From positions 64,001-128,000 of the forward strand of contig CAWFOM010000002.1 in the NCBI GenBank assembly GCA_963817385.1: a DNA stretch of 64,000 bases, given 5' to 3'. Of the stretch, positions 10,272-21,279 are shown piece after piece; positions within the stretch are counted from its first letter, which is position 1, and each line of letters starts with the position of its first letter. The notes under the pieces are model-generated. The model had not been told where the DNA came from and made no database searches. It was given only the letters and a program-made list of their open reading frames with translations. Source of the DNA: an uncultured delta proteobacterium. Lineage in GTDB: Bacteria > Desulfobacterota > Syntrophia > Syntrophales > UBA5619. The translations under genes were made by a program, and so were the position numbers.

Positions 10272-11232
10272 ATGACCCGCCGAGAGAAGCCCGTCCCCCC
10301 GGGGAAGATTACCCGGCCCATTCGGAAAGTCCGATTCCTGATCTGGATCGCCGGGGCCTTCCTGTTGATCCTGATCAGCCCGGCCCGATCGCCAGCCGCA
10401 GATTGGCAACCGCTTGTCGAACGTCTGGCCGCCGACGGCTTCGACCGGCAGGCGGTGGAAGCGCTTTTCGCCCGTCCGGAGATCCTTTTTGAACCGGACG
10501 CGATGGCCGGGAAATTGAAGACCCTGATCCGGAGCAGGGCTGCCAATACGGATTCCCTGGCCGCTGCACTGAAGGCGGCCGTCCGCAGGGGCTACCTGAC
10601 CTATTGGGCCATCTCCCAGGCTCACTCATATATCGTCGAAAACAAGCTCATTCTGGGGCAGATCGCCGCCGAATACGACGTCCCGGAAGAGATCATCGTC
10701 TCAATCCTCTTCATCGAAACCAACCTCGGCAGGAACACCGGCAACTGGTGCGTTTTCAACCGCCTGGCCAGCATGGCCCGCTGCACCGACCTGGAAATCG
10801 TTCTTCCCCTACCTGGGAACCGCCCTGATCACCCCTGAAAACGAGGAGTTCGCCCGCCGCCGCTGCCGGGAAAAGGCGGACTGGGCATACGGCGAACTCA
10901 AGGCTCTGCTCCTCTTGGCCGACCGGGACGGCATCGATCCGCTCGGCATCCGGGGATCGATCTACGGGGCGATCGGGCTCTGCCAGTTCATGCCCTCCAA
11001 CGTCTTTTCCTTCGGCGTAGACGGGGATCAAAACGGCCGCGTCGATCCCTTTGCCAAGCCGGATGCCCTCCACAGCATCGCCAATTACCTCCGCGGGCAC
11101 GGCTGGCGCAAAGGGATGGACCGCGAAGGCCAGCATCGCATCATCTTCGATTACAACCATAGCACGATCTACGCGAACACGGTCCTCGCCATGGCGGAAA
11201 AGATCAGGGGCCGGAGTCGCACCCGGCACTGA
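10272..11232 (+). CDS. Lytic murein transglycosylase (MltB/SLT_2 family), frameshift near 10810
   Basis: IVSILFIETNLG (catalytic Glu) in the first ORF. GSIYGAIGLCQFMPS, EF-hand DGDQNGRVD, SIANYL and YNHSTIYA in the second. Confidence 0.85.
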
Positions 11233-11238
11233 AGCCTG

Positions 11239-12306
11239 CTACTCCAATCGATCCGGAAGATTCAATTCCACGGCGAGCTTCCTGAGCTGAACGACAACGG
11301 CTTCGGCAAGGGGGATACCGTGCTCCCGTCGCTCGCGAATCCGGTAATGCTCCATCTCCCCGGGCAGCCAGATGCGGTCGACCCCCTCCATGCGTTTGGA
11401 CGCGCGGATCTCCCGGATCACCCGGTCCATCTCCCCCTTGAACGCCTCGACGGGCTGGAAGTTGTCCACCCGCATGGCCATGATCATGTGGCCGCTGTTG
11501 TTTATCGCCGCGGGGTCCCGGTTGAAGTCGACGACGTTCCTGCCGAAGGCCGCCCCGTTGAGCACGCCGGCCAGCATGCCGATGACCACGTTCAGCCCGT
11601 ACCCCTTGTACCCCCCGATCGGCACGAGGAAGCCCTCCGATGAACGCTTGGGATCGGTGAGCGGCTGTCCCTGCTTGTCGATCATCCACCCGACCGGAAT
11701 CGACTCCCCTTTCTGGGCCGCCAGTTTCACCTTGCCGTAGGAGGTCATCGTTGTCGCGATGTCCAGGACGATGGGGGGCTCTTCACCGGCCGGGATGGCG
11801 ACGGAGATGGGATTGGTGCCGAGGATCAGCTCGATCCCGCCCCACGGGGCCATATGGTTGGCGTTCGCCACGGTCATGTACATGCCGACCATGTCGTGGG
11901 CCAGCGGCATCGAGGAGTAGACGGCCCCCGCCCCGGCGTGATTGCCGTTGCAGGTGCCGACCCATGCCAGACCTGATTCCGCGGCCTTCCGGATCGCGAG
12001 GTCGGTCGCGAAATTCATCACGACGTGGCCCATGCCGTTATCCCCGTCGACCAGAGCCGTCACCGCGTTCTCCCGGACGGTATGCACCTTCGGATGCAGG
12101 TTGATCCCGCCCAGCCGGATCCTCTGGCTGTAGTGGGGCAGGCGGAAGATGCCGTGCGTATCCACGCCGCGGAGGTCCGCGTCGATCATCCGGGCGGCGC
12201 AGAGCGCCGCATCGTCCTCCGGAAGCCCCAGTGCCGCCAGGGCGCCGGCGCCGAAGGCCTCCAGCCGCTTTGCCGGAAAAACCTGTCCGTGTGTTTCTGC
12301 TGCCAT
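11239..12306 (-). CDS. Ldh_2 family (malate/L-lactate/ureidoglycolate-type) dehydrogenase
   Basis: DLRGVDTHG, DGDNGMGH, GTNPIS, GGYKGYGL, WLPGE. Start MAAETHG has an AGGAG RBS. Confidence 0.92.
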   Translation of the reverse strand: MAAETHGQVFPAKRLEAFGAGALAALGLPEDDAALCAARMIDADLRGVDTHGIFRLPHYSQRIRLGGINLHPKVHTVRENAVTALVDGDNGMGHVVMNFATDLAIRKAAESGLAWVGTCNGNHAGAGAVYSSMPLAHDMVGMYMTVANANHMAPWGGIELILGTNPISVAIPAGEEPPIVLDIATTMTSYGKVKLAAQKGESIPVGWMIDKQGQPLTDPKRSSEGFLVPIGGYKGYGLNVVIGMLAGVLNGAAFGRNVVDFNRDPAAINNSGHMIMAMRVDNFQPVEAFKGEMDRVIREIRASKRMEGVDRIWLPGEMEHYRIRERREHGIPLAEAVVVQLRKLAVELNLPDRLE

Positions 12307-12335
12307 GCCATTTCTCCTTCGTTTTTTATCTGAAA

Positions 12336-13362
12336 TTAAGACGCCATCCCCAGCAGGGCCCTGGCCGTTTCGCCCAGGATGAGCTCCTGCTCGCTTTCCG
12401 GGATCGGCAGGGAGCGGACCTGCCGGACGCCTTCGTAGTAACCCATGTCGAACGGATAATCGCTCCCGAGCATCACCCGGGCGGCGCCGACGGAGCCGAT
12501 GAGGAACTGCAGCGTCGCATCGGAGTGCAGGATCGTGTCGTAGTAGATCCGCCCGAGCGATTCGGCGGGCCCCCGTGCGAGGAACTGCTTCGGTTCGGGG
12601 CGTACGTTCCAGCCGTGGATGAAACGGCCCGCCTGGTAGGGGAGGAAACCGCCGCCGTGCGCGAAACAAAACCGGATCGCCGGATACCGCTCGATGACGC
12701 CGCCGAAGATGAGGGAGGCCGCCGCGATCGTCGTATCGAGCGGATTCCCGATCAGGTTCTTCAGATAGTAGGATTTGAGGCGGTCTCCCGCGGCGATCTT
12801 GAAGGGATGCACGAGGATGAAAGCGCCCGATTCCTGAGCGGCTTCCCAGACCGGCGCCAGATTCGGGTCGTCGAGGTTCCGCCCCTGGATGTTGGACGCG
12901 AGATGGAATCCCAGAAGTCCGAGGGAACCCATCGCCCGCCGAAGCTCCCGTGCGGCCAGCTCCGGCGCCTGCATCGGAAGCGTGGCCAGCCCCCGGAACC
13001 GCTCCGGATATTTCCTCACGAGCGCGGCGATCTGATCGTTCTGGATGCGCGGCGCACGCCGCGCCGAGGGCGGCCTCCTGGTCATAGAGAAACGTCTGGG
13101 GGGTGTTCGACAGGAGCTGGATGTCCACCCCGGAGCGGTCCATGTCGCGCAGGCGCCACTCCAGGTCCCAGGCCTCGCGCGGGAATGGTTTCTGGGTGAC
13201 CCCGGCTATCTCCAGGACGGCGGATCCCTCGTCGATGCTCGTGAGCCGGAGACCCAGCGACGGCGCCGTCTTCTGGAGCTGCCGCATCGTCTCCTCCGGA
13301 AGGATGTGGGCATGGATGTCTATCGTTTTTTGCGGGCTCATCGGTTTTCGTACCTCAATCAT
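12336..13362 (-). CDS. Amidohydrolase_2 family protein (ACMSD/decarboxylase-like), frameshift near 13050
   Basis: IDIHAH and RLRDMD in frame 1. NDQIA, ILVHP, AHGGGFLPY, YYDTI and LGSDYPF in frame 2. Confidence 0.85.
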
Positions 13363-13408
13363 GGAAAAAAGTTATCCCCGTTCGGCAAGCGACGGGGGCA
13401 TTACGCCA

Positions 13409-14920
13409 TCAGATCTCACCCTCGAGGTCCTTCTCCTCGGCCTCCGCTTTCTTACGGCGGAAAACCGGCAGGGAGAGCGACACCAAAACCAGGACAAGCA
13501 GAACGGCCGCGATCGGGCGCTCAAGAAAGATCATCGGGCTCCCCGACGACAGCATGAGCGACTGCCTCAGTGCGCTCTCCATCATCGGCGCCAGGACGAT
13601 CGCCAAGACGATCGGCGCGCGGGGGAGGTTGAATTTCATCATGAGATATCCGATCACCCCGAAGAAGATCGTGATCCCCACGTTGAAGAGGCTCAGCGTC
13701 GTCGCGAAGGCGCCGACCAGCGAAACGACGAGGATCCCGGGCGCCAGGTAATCGTACGGGACCCTGAGGACCGCCGCGAACGCCGGAGCGAACGGCAGGT
13801 TCATGAAGATGAGCATCACGTTCCCGATGAGCATGCTGGCGATGAGCCCCCAGACGAGATCCGCCTGCTGCGTCATCAGCATCGGTCCCGGGCGGATCCC
13901 CAACAGGATGAGCGCGGCCAGGAGGACCGCCGTGGCCGGCGACGCAGGAATGCCGAGGGAGAGCATCGGGACCATGGCGCCGTGCACCGCGGAGTTATTC
14001 GCCGACTCGGCCGCCGCGACCGCATCGAGCGCACCCCTCCCGAATCGCTCCGGATGCTTGCTGGCACGCCGTTCGATCACATAGGCGAGCATCGACGCTA
14101 CGACGGGTCCGACACCCGGCATGAGGCCGACAAGGAACCCCACGACGCCTCCCCGGAGGATCGCCATCCGGCAGTCGGCCCAGTCCCTGGCCGTGAGCCA
14201 CAGGTCTTTCAGTTTTGTCCTGATCGGAACGACGTTTGCCTGCGAGGCCTCAAGGGAGGAGAGCACCTCACCGATCCCGAAGATCCCGACGGCGACCGGG
14301 ATAAAGTCGATGCCGTCCATCAGCTCTATCTCGCCGAACGTGAGACGGACGGTGCCCGCCATGGGGTCGGTCCCGACCAGGGCGATCATCAGGCCGAAGA
14401 CCGCCATCAGGAGCGCTTTCACGGCCGAGCCGCTCCCCAGGCTCGCCGTCATCGTGAGCCCCAGCGTCGCCAGGAGGAAGAATTCGGGGGCGTTGAATTT
14501 CAGCGCGAAGCCGCCGAGGACCGGACAGAGAAAGGCGAGGAGCAGCACCGCCCCGATCCCGGCGAGAAACGAGCCGATCGCCGCGACGCTCAGGGCGGCG
14601 CCGGCCCGCCCCTGCTTGGCCAGTTGATAGCCGTCGACCGCCGTCATGACGCTGGCGGCCTCACCGGGGACGTTGATCAGGACGGACGTCAGCGTCCCGC
14701 CGTACATAGCGCCGTACATGATCCCCGTGAGCATCATGAGCGCGGTGGTCGCCTTGACGCCGAAGGTGATCGGCAGCAGCAGGGCGATGCCGGCCGCCGG
14801 ACCGATGCCGGGCAATATCCCGATGAACTGCCCGAGGAGACACCCGATGAACGTCGCGAGCAAGTTCCCCGGCGTGAGAGCCGTCGAGAAACCGTGTCCG
14901 AGCAGACTAAGCGTTTCCAT
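13409..14920 (-). CDS. tctA: Tripartite tricarboxylate transporter large permease TctA
   Basis: GILPGIGP, YGAMYGG, NVPGE, AAESANNS, LSLGIP. Confidence 0.95.
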   Translation of the reverse strand: METLSLLGHGFSTALTPGNLLATFIGCLLGQFIGILPGIGPAAGIALLLPITFGVKATTALMMLTGIMYGAMYGGTLTSVLINVPGEAASVMTAVDGYQLAKQGRAGAALSVAAIGSFLAGIGAVLLLAFLCPVLGGFALKFNAPEFFLLATLGLTMTASLGSGSAVKALLMAVFGLMIALVGTDPMAGTVRLTFGEIELMDGIDFIPVAVGIFGIGEVLSSLEASQANVVPIRTKLKDLWLTARDWADCRMAILRGGVVGFLVGLMPGVGPVVASMLAYVIERRASKHPERFGRGALDAVAAAESANNSAVHGAMVPMLSLGIPASPATAVLLAALILLGIRPGPMLMTQQADLVWGLIASMLIGNVMLIFMNLPFAPAFAAVLRVPYDYLAPGILVVSLVGAFATTLSLFNVGITIFFGVIGYLMMKFNLPRAPIVLAIVLAPMMESALRQSLMLSSGSPMIFLERPIAAVLLVLVLVSLSLPVFRRKKAEAEEKDLEGEI

Positions 14921-14941
14921 GGAATCGACTCCCTGAAGGGT

Positions 14942-15403
14942 TCAGATGCCCAGCGGCCCGGCAGGCAGGGCCACCTTGAGCCACCATACAAAAACGACGT
15001 AGATGAGCCCGCCCGTGCCCACAGCCGTGATGAGGCTCGGGAGGAGTCTTCGCCGCAGGATCCCCATCATCATCCCCACCATGAAAACGACCGCAGTGGC
15101 GACAAACCCGAGGTAGGGCGCCAGCGGGACGCAGAGGATGAGTCCTCCCGTGGTCAAAAAGACGCGGATTGCGCCGGCCCTTTCGGGCCACTCAGGCTTG
15201 GCGGCGCCGCCTGCGCGCCAGGCCTGAAGCAGCAATATCACGGAAAGAAGGACACCCGCGCCGGCGATCCACCTCGGCAGAAAGGCCGGCCCGGGTGTAA
15301 AATCGGTCCAATAGGGCAACTCCCGTGTTCCCGCCAAGACGACAGCCGAGAGCCCCAGCATGACCGCCGCAGGCGCGACATCAATCATCCTCATCGCCGC
15401 CAA
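14942..15403 (-). CDS. tctB: Tripartite tricarboxylate transporter small permease TctB
   Basis: Small multi-TM protein with PGPAFLP and LKVALPAG, between tctC and tctA. Confidence 0.9.
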   Translation of the reverse strand: MAAMRMIDVAPAAVMLGLSAVVLAGTRELPYWTDFTPGPAFLPRWIAGAGVLLSVILLLQAWRAGGAAKPEWPERAGAIRVFLTTGGLILCVPLAPYLGFVATAVVFMVGMMMGILRRRLLPSLITAVGTGGLIYVVFVWWLKVALPAGPLGI

Positions 15404-15414
15404 CCCCCTTCACG

Positions 15415-16446
15415 TCACTGCTTGGCCAGGCCGAGATCACGAAGGACTTGCAGGTATTGCTTGTACTGGCCCTCCATGTACGCCGGCGCCTTTGTGTAAT
15501 CGATGAAATCGCTGCGCTGGAAGCTTGCATCGATCGCGTCCTTCCAGGGCTTGGTGGCGGTCATCTTCTGCAGCCGATCGTTCCACCATTTCACCAACGC
15601 GGGGTCCATCCCCGGAGCGCCGGCCAACCCCCAGAACTGCCCCCATACCAGGTCTATTCCCTGCTCCTTCGCCGTGGGGAAGTCCTTCAGCTCCTTGTTC
15701 GCGCGGCGCTTCTCCGTCAGGACGGCGAGCGGCTTCACCTTGCCGCTCTGGATAAGAGGCACCGCCTCATCCAGCGCGAGCACGAGCCCGTCTACGTTCT
15801 TCCCCAAAAACGCCGCGGTTGCCGCACTGCCGCTGTCGTAGGGGATGTAGTTGAATTTCACGCCCGCGGCCTTCTCGAGCAGGCCCACGACCATGTGATC
15901 GGTGCTCCCCGTCTGCGATCCCGAAAACTTCAGGCCGCGCGGGGTCTTCTTGGCCGCATTGACGAAGTCCGTCAACGACTTGAAAGGCGAATCGGGCTGG
16001 GCTACCAGAATCAGGTCTCCCTGAACGAACATCGCGATCGGGACGAGCTGGTCATAGGCATTCTTCAGCCCCTGAACGATCGGGGTCGTGAGGACCGGCT
16101 GCGCAATCCCCATCAGCGTGTCATAGCCCCCCTTCTTTCCCAGCACCCAGTTGACGGCGACCATCCAGGATCCGCCGGTCCGGTTCTGGATGACGATCGG
16201 CTGTTCGACGAGTTTTTCCTCACCGAGGATCTTGGCAACGCGGCGCATGATGACGTCCGGCGTACCCCCCGCGCCCGTTCCGACCGTGATCTCGACCGGA
16301 CCCTTGGGACCTTCAGCCGCCTCCGCGGTCATCGTCCCCGGTAAGGCAAATAAGGTGAGCGCCAGCGTGAACAAGCCAACGACCACAACTGTGTTACACA
16401 ACGCATACCACGAAACCGTGCAATGCTTTCTCATAATCCCCTCCAT
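15415..16446 (-). CDS. tctC: Tripartite tricarboxylate transporter substrate-binding protein (TctC/Bug)
   Basis: Signal peptide, GAGGTPD, QNRTGGS, GSTDH, PTAKEQG. Confidence 0.92.
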   Translation of the reverse strand: MEGIMRKHCTVSWYALCNTVVVVGLFTLALTLFALPGTMTAEAAEGPKGPVEITVGTGAGGTPDVIMRRVAKILGEEKLVEQPIVIQNRTGGSWMVAVNWVLGKKGGYDTLMGIAQPVLTTPIVQGLKNAYDQLVPIAMFVQGDLILVAQPDSPFKSLTDFVNAAKKTPRGLKFSGSQTGSTDHMVVGLLEKAAGVKFNYIPYDSGSAATAAFLGKNVDGLVLALDEAVPLIQSGKVKPLAVLTEKRRANKELKDFPTAKEQGIDLVWGQFWGLAGAPGMDPALVKWWNDRLQKMTATKPWKDAIDASFQRSDFIDYTKAPAYMEGQYKQYLQVLRDLGLAKQ

Positions 16447-16564
16447 AGTTTTTAACGACCTTGCCTCATGAAAAACCCGCCACTATTGCGAGCGGGAGAT
16501 GGTAGATTCTCGACACCTGTTTGTCAAGATAAATCGGATCTGATGTCGGGCTCGGTGCTTCTCA

Positions 16565-16594
16565 TTGACACGCCCCCCTCCATGTGTTTATATT
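16565..16594 (+). promoter_or_regulatory. sigma70-type promoter for clpS-clpA-aat
   Basis: TTGACA-N18-TATATT about 60 bp upstream of clpS. Confidence 0.55.
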
Positions 16595-16654
16595 ATGGAC
16601 AACGGTAATGCATGCAGACCGGAAAAAGACAAAGGGTTTAAGAAGGGGATGTGC

Positions 16655-16966
16655 ATGATTCACGAGCCGGGCATGCAGCCGGAAGGTGATGTAAAAACCG
16701 ACCAGGAGATCCGGGAGCCGAAGCAGTACCGGGTCATCCTGCACAATGACGATTATACGACCATGGACTTCGTGATCGAGGTCCTCGTCGCCGTATTCCA
16801 CAAACCGGCGGCGGAGGCAACGAAGATTATGCTGGATGTCCATAAAAAAGGAAAAGGGATCTGTGGGGTCTATACGTACGACATCGCGGCCACAAAGGTC
16901 GCCCAGGTCCACCACATGGCAAAAACGCGGGAGTTTCCGTTGAAATGCTCCCTGGAAGAAGCCTGA
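16655..16966 (+). CDS. clpS: Clp protease adaptor ClpS
   Basis: YRVILHNDDYTTMDFVIEVL...MLDVHKKGKG...YDIAATK...FPLKC. Confidence 0.97.
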   Translation: MIHEPGMQPEGDVKTDQEIREPKQYRVILHNDDYTTMDFVIEVLVAVFHKPAAEATKIMLDVHKKGKGICGVYTYDIAATKVAQVHHMAKTREFPLKCSLEEA

Positions 16967-16990
16967 GCGGCCCTGAAAAGAGAAAAAATC

Positions 16991-19270
16991 ATGAAGATCA
17001 GTGAAAATTTGAACCGAATTATCATGGCGGCATATGCCGAGGCCAACGTCCGGCGGCACGAGTTCATCACGCCGGAACACCTCCTCTATGCCTGCCTCTT
17101 CTTCGATGAAGGGAAGGACCTGATCCTGAACTGCGGCGGCGATCCCGTCCGGCTGAAAAAAGCCCTTGAAAAGCACCTCGAAGAAACGGACACGGTCGCT
17201 ACGGCAACGCGGGCCCTTCAATCCCTCGGCTTCCAGAGCATTCTCGAACGGGCCGCCTGGCATACCTCCTCCGCCCAAAAAGAGATCCTGGATCTGGGGG
17301 ATGTCCTCGTCTCGATCCTCGATGAGAAGGAATCCCACGCTTCGTTCTACCTCCAGAGGGAAGGAATCAGCCGTCTGGCGCTTCTCAACTACATCTCCCA
17401 CGGCGTCTCGGTCCTTACCGGCGACGCAGCCGGACAGCGTCACCCGGGGCACCGCGACGGAGAGGGGGAAACGGTCCGGGAGACGAAAGAGGACCAGAAC
17501 AAGTTTCTCCGGAACTACACGACGGAATTGGTCGCGCGGGCGAAAAGCGGCGAGATGGATCCCCTGATCGGCCGGGAGGATGTCCTTGAGCGGACAATCC
17601 AGGTCCTCTGCCGCCGATTCAAGAATAACCCGGTCCACGTCGGCGAGCCGGGCGTGGGAAAGACCGCAATCACCGAGGGGCTTGCCCAGCTCATCGCCGC
17701 CGGAAAGGTTCCGACGCTTCTCAAAGGGTCCCGGATCTTCTCGCTGGACATGGGGGCTGTCCTGGCCGGAACCCGCTTCCGCGGCGACTTCGAGGAGCGG
17801 CTCAAACGGATCATCACCGAGCTCCAGAAGCAGCAGAAGGTAATCCTCTTTATCGACGAGATCCACAATGTGGTCGGTGCCGGGGCCGTATCCGGCGGAT
17901 CGATGGATGCCGGGAACATCCTCAAGCCGGCCCTTGTCTCCGGAAAGCTCCGCTGCATCGGATCGACCACCTACGACGAATACCGGAAGTATTTCGAGAA
18001 GGACGGCGCCTTCTCCCGACGTTTTCAGAAGATCGAGGTCGCCGAGCCCTCCGTCGAGGAGACCTTCCGGATCCTCCAGGGGATTCGCGAACGGTATGAG
18101 ACATACCATCAGGTTTCCTACACCGAGGAAGGGCTCCGGGCGGCCGCCGAGCTTTCGTACCGCTATATCAGCGACCGCCGCCTCCCCGACAAGGCGATTG
18201 ACGTCCTCGACGAGGCCGGCGCCTTTGTCTCCATGAACCGCTGCGATGACGCCCTGGAGCCCGTGGCGATCGGACCGCAACAGATCGAAACCATCGTCGC
18301 CCGGATCGCCCGGATTCCGGAGAAGAGCATCTCTTCCTCGGAGATCGAAAAACTCAAGGATATGGAGACGGAATTGAAGTCTCGGATCTTCGGCCAGGAC
18401 GAGGCCGTAGAAAGGGTCGTGGAGGCGGTCAAGCGCTCCCGCGCCGGCTTCCGCGAACCGGACAAGCCCATCGCCTCCCTCCTCTTCGTTGGACCCACAG
18501 GGGTGGGAAAAACCGAACTCGCCCGCCAGCTTGCCGCGACGCTCGGGGTGCCGCTCCTGCGGTACGACATGAGCGAGTACCAGGAGAAGCACACCGTCGC
18601 CAAGTTCGTCGGGGCGCCTCCGGGCTACATCGGCTACGAGGAGGGCGGCCTCCTCACCGAGGCGATCCGGAAGAACCCGCACGCCGTTCTCCTTCTGGAC
18701 GAGATCGAGAAGGCCCATGCCGACATCTTCAACACGCTCCTGCAGGTCATGGACTACGCGACACTCACGGACAACAGCGGCAAGAAGGCGGACTTCCGCA
18801 ACGTTATCCTGCTGATGACCTCGAACGCCGGCGCCCGGGAGATCGGCCGGCAGACCATCGGCTTCGAGGGGCTGCCCATCAACCGGGACGCCGTCTTCAA
18901 GGCCCTGGAGAAGACCTTCTCTCCCGAGTTCAGGAACCGTCTGGACGGGGTCGTGAACTTCCTCAGCCTCACCGACCCGGTGATTCTGAAGATCGTGAAG
19001 AAGGCCGTCGCCGAGTTCGCCGCACAGCTCGCCGAGAAGAAGGTGGATCTCACGCTGACAGAGCGCTGCTGCGATTGGCTCGTCCGGAAGGGGTACTCCC
19101 CCGAATTCGGCGCCCGGGAGATCTCCCGCCTGATCCAGGACAAGATCAAACGGTTCTTCGTGGATGAAGTCCTCTTCGGAGGCCTCCGGGAGGGCGGCGA
19201 AGCCGTGGCCGACATCGAAAACGAGGATGTGGTCATCCGGGTCACCCATGCCGGTTTATCGACTCCCTGA
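16991..19270 (+). CDS. clpA: ATP-dependent Clp protease ATPase ClpA
   Basis: [11 protein letters not shown]-domain and two AAA modules ([16 protein letters not shown]). No ClpB coiled coil; follows clpS. Confidence 0.97.
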   Translation: MKISENLNRIIMAAYAEANVRRHEFITPEHLLYACLFFDEGKDLILNCGGDPVRLKKALEKHLEETDTVATATRALQSLGFQSILERAAWHTSSAQKEILDLGDVLVSILDEKESHASFYLQREGISRLALLNYISHGVSVLTGDAAGQRHPGHRDGEGETVRETKEDQNKFLRNYTTELVARAKSGEMDPLIGREDVLERTIQVLCRRFKNNPVHVGEPGVGKTAITEGLAQLIAAGKVPTLLKGSRIFSLDMGAVLAGTRFRGDFEERLKRIITELQKQQKVILFIDEIHNVVGAGAVSGGSMDAGNILKPALVSGKLRCIGSTTYDEYRKYFEKDGAFSRRFQKIEVAEPSVEETFRILQGIRERYETYHQVSYTEEGLRAAAELSYRYISDRRLPDKAIDVLDEAGAFVSMNRCDDALEPVAIGPQQIETIVARIARIPEKSISSSEIEKLKDMETELKSRIFGQDEAVERVVEAVKRSRAGFREPDKPIASLLFVGPTGVGKTELARQLAATLGVPLLRYDMSEYQEKHTVAKFVGAPPGYIGYEEGGLLTEAIRKNPHAVLLLDEIEKAHADIFNTLLQVMDYATLTDNSGKKADFRNVILLMTSNAGAREIGRQTIGFEGLPINRDAVFKALEKTFSPEFRNRLDGVVNFLSLTDPVILKIVKKAVAEFAAQLAEKKVDLTLTERCCDWLVRKGYSPEFGAREISRLIQDKIKRFFVDEVLFGGLREGGEAVADIENEDVVIRVTHAGLSTP

Positions 19271-19937
19271 CGAGATCCTCTTTCCCCCGGTCGACCGCGC
19301 CGTGAAGAGCGGCCTTCTGGCCGTGGGCGGAGACCTCTCCCCGGAACGGCTCCTGGCCGCCTACCGGGAGGGGATCTTCCCCTGGTACGCCGAGGGGGAA
19401 CCGATCCTCTGGTGGGCGCCGGATCCGCGCTTCGTCCTGCTCCCCGGCGAGCTTCGCGTCTCGCGGAGCATGCGGCAGTTCCTCAAAAAGGGGCTTGTCC
19501 GGATCACCTTCGATCAGGACTTCCGGGGGGTGATCGCCGCTTGCCAGAAGCCCCGCCCGGGCCAGGACGGCACCTGGATCACCGAAGAGATGCAGGACGC
19601 GTACTCGGCCCTCCACGATCTCGGTTATGCCCACTCCGTGGAGGTCTGGCGCGGAGAGACGCTCGCCGGCGGCCTCTACGGCGTCTCCCTCGGGCGCGCC
19701 TTCTTCGGCGAATCGATGTTCTCGACGATCGCAAACGCCTCCAAAGCGGCCCTCATCACCCTTATCACCCGACTCCGTCAGCTCGATTTCGACCTCATCG
19801 ACTGCCAGGTCGAGACCCCCCACCTCGCAAGCCTCGGCGCCCGGCCCATCCCCCGCCGGGAGTTCTGCGAACTTCTGAATGAGTCCCTCCGGCACGAGAC
19901 CCTCCGGGGGAACTGGGGAACGCTGTTGGCTGAGTAG
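19248..19937 (+). CDS. aat: Leucyl/phenylalanyl-tRNA-protein transferase
   Basis: [41 protein letters not shown]. Confidence 0.97.
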   Translation: MPVYRLPDEILFPPVDRAVKSGLLAVGGDLSPERLLAAYREGIFPWYAEGEPILWWAPDPRFVLLPGELRVSRSMRQFLKKGLVRITFDQDFRGVIAACQKPRPGQDGTWITEEMQDAYSALHDLGYAHSVEVWRGETLAGGLYGVSLGRAFFGESMFSTIANASKAALITLITRLRQLDFDLIDCQVETPHLASLGARPIPRREFCELLNESLRHETLRGNWGTLLAE

Positions 19938-19983
19938 TATGCCTTCCCTGCATAACCACGGGGAACCCATAGACAGACGCTAT

Positions 19984-20012
19984 TTGACATCTCCCCGATT
20001 CTCCTATACATT
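19984..20012 (+). promoter_or_regulatory. sigma70-type promoter for the desulfurase-yedF operon
   Basis: TTGACA-N17-TACATT. Confidence 0.55.
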
Positions 20013-20068
20013 TTGTTTATTCAGTTGTCCGACGCGATTCCGCCCGCCGGGCCTAAAGGAAAGATGAA

Positions 20069-21225
20069 ATGGACCTCCTGTATTTCGACAACGCCGCGAC
20101 CTCCTGGCCGAAACCGGAGGTGACGCCGGCCGCGATGGACCGCTACCTCCGCGAGATCGGCGGCTCTCCCGGCCGCTCCGCGCACCGGCTCTCCCTCGAG
20201 GCGGGCCGGATCATCCTGGAGGCGCGCGAGGCGGTGGCAAAACTCCTCGGCGCGGACGATCCCTTCCGGATCGTCTTCACGAAGAACGCCACGGAGGCGC
20301 TGAACATCGCCTTCCGGGGTCTCTTGAAGCCGGGCGACCATGTCATCACGTCGTCCATGGAACACAACTCGGTCATGCGGCCGCTCAGGGCGCTGGAGGC
20401 GGAGGGGCTGGCGGTATCGGTCATCCCCTGCTCCATCCGGGGCGAGCTTGACCCGGCGAGATATCCCGCCGGCGATCCGACCGAACACCAGGGCAATCAT
20501 CCTCACCCACGCCTCGAACGTGACGGGGACGATCCTCCCCATCGGCGAGACAGGCCGGATCTCCCGCGAACACGGTCTCATCTTCATCGTCGATGCGGCG
20601 CAGACGGCGGGGGCACTGCCGATTGCCGTCGAAGAGATGGGGATCGATCTTCTGGCCTTCACGGGCCATAAAGCCCTTTTCGGCCCCCCGGGAACGGGCG
20701 GGCTCTACATCCGAAAAGGGATGGAGGCGCAGATCCGACCTCTCATGACGGGAGGAACGGGGAGCCGCTCCGAATTCGAGGAGCAGCCCGCATTTCTCCC
20801 CGACAAGTTCGAAGCGGGGACGCCCAACACCATCGGCCTGGCCGGCCTCGGCGCCGGCGTCTCCTGGATCCTCGCCCGCGGCGTCGATGCGATCCGCGCC
20901 CATGAGGAGCTTCTGACGGGGCGGTTCATCGGCGGCCTTCGGGAGATCCCCGGGGTCACCCTCACCGGCCCGGTCGATCCGGTCGCGCCGTATCGCGGTC
21001 GTCTCGTTCAATATTGCCGGCCTGATGCCGTCGGAAGCCGCCCTGGAGCTCGACGAACGTTTCGCCATCATGTCGCGGCCGGGGCTCCACTGCGCCCCCG
21101 CCGCCCATCGGACGATCGGGACCTTTCCCCAGGGGACTGTCCGGTTCGGCTTCGGCTTTTTCAATACGGAGGCGGAGATCGACGCCGCCCTGGAGGCGAT
21201 CCGCGATCTCGCCCGCGGGAAATAG
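20069..21225 (+). CDS. Cysteine desulfurase/selenocysteine lyase-family aminotransferase class V; frameshifts near 20460 and 20985
   Basis: YFDNAATSWPKP, EHNSV, HASNVTG, DAAQTAG, FTGHK (PLP Lys), EAGTPN and RPGLHCA, spread over three frames. Confidence 0.88.
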
Positions 21226-21279
21226 GAACGTACCCCCTGGGTTGTATGGTTCCCAGGCATCGTCACAAGGAGGCATGGC

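Noticed and set aside
11239..13362. Apparent 707-aa amidohydrolase-Ldh_2 fusion ORF
   Set aside because: A frameshift near 13050 moves the amidohydrolase N-terminus into an open frame. The middle section is nonsense-like, the real C-terminus is in ORF 12336..13085, and Ldh_2 has its own RBS and ATG at 12306.
16562..19249. 895-aa minus-strand ORF, and similar long ORFs 13103..15499, 47457..49763, 2619..3812, 20962..22611
   Set aside because: Antisense shadows of well-supported genes with no recognisable motifs.
16655..19937. clpS-clpA-aat as a novel system
   Set aside because: This is the well-known N-degron pathway operon.
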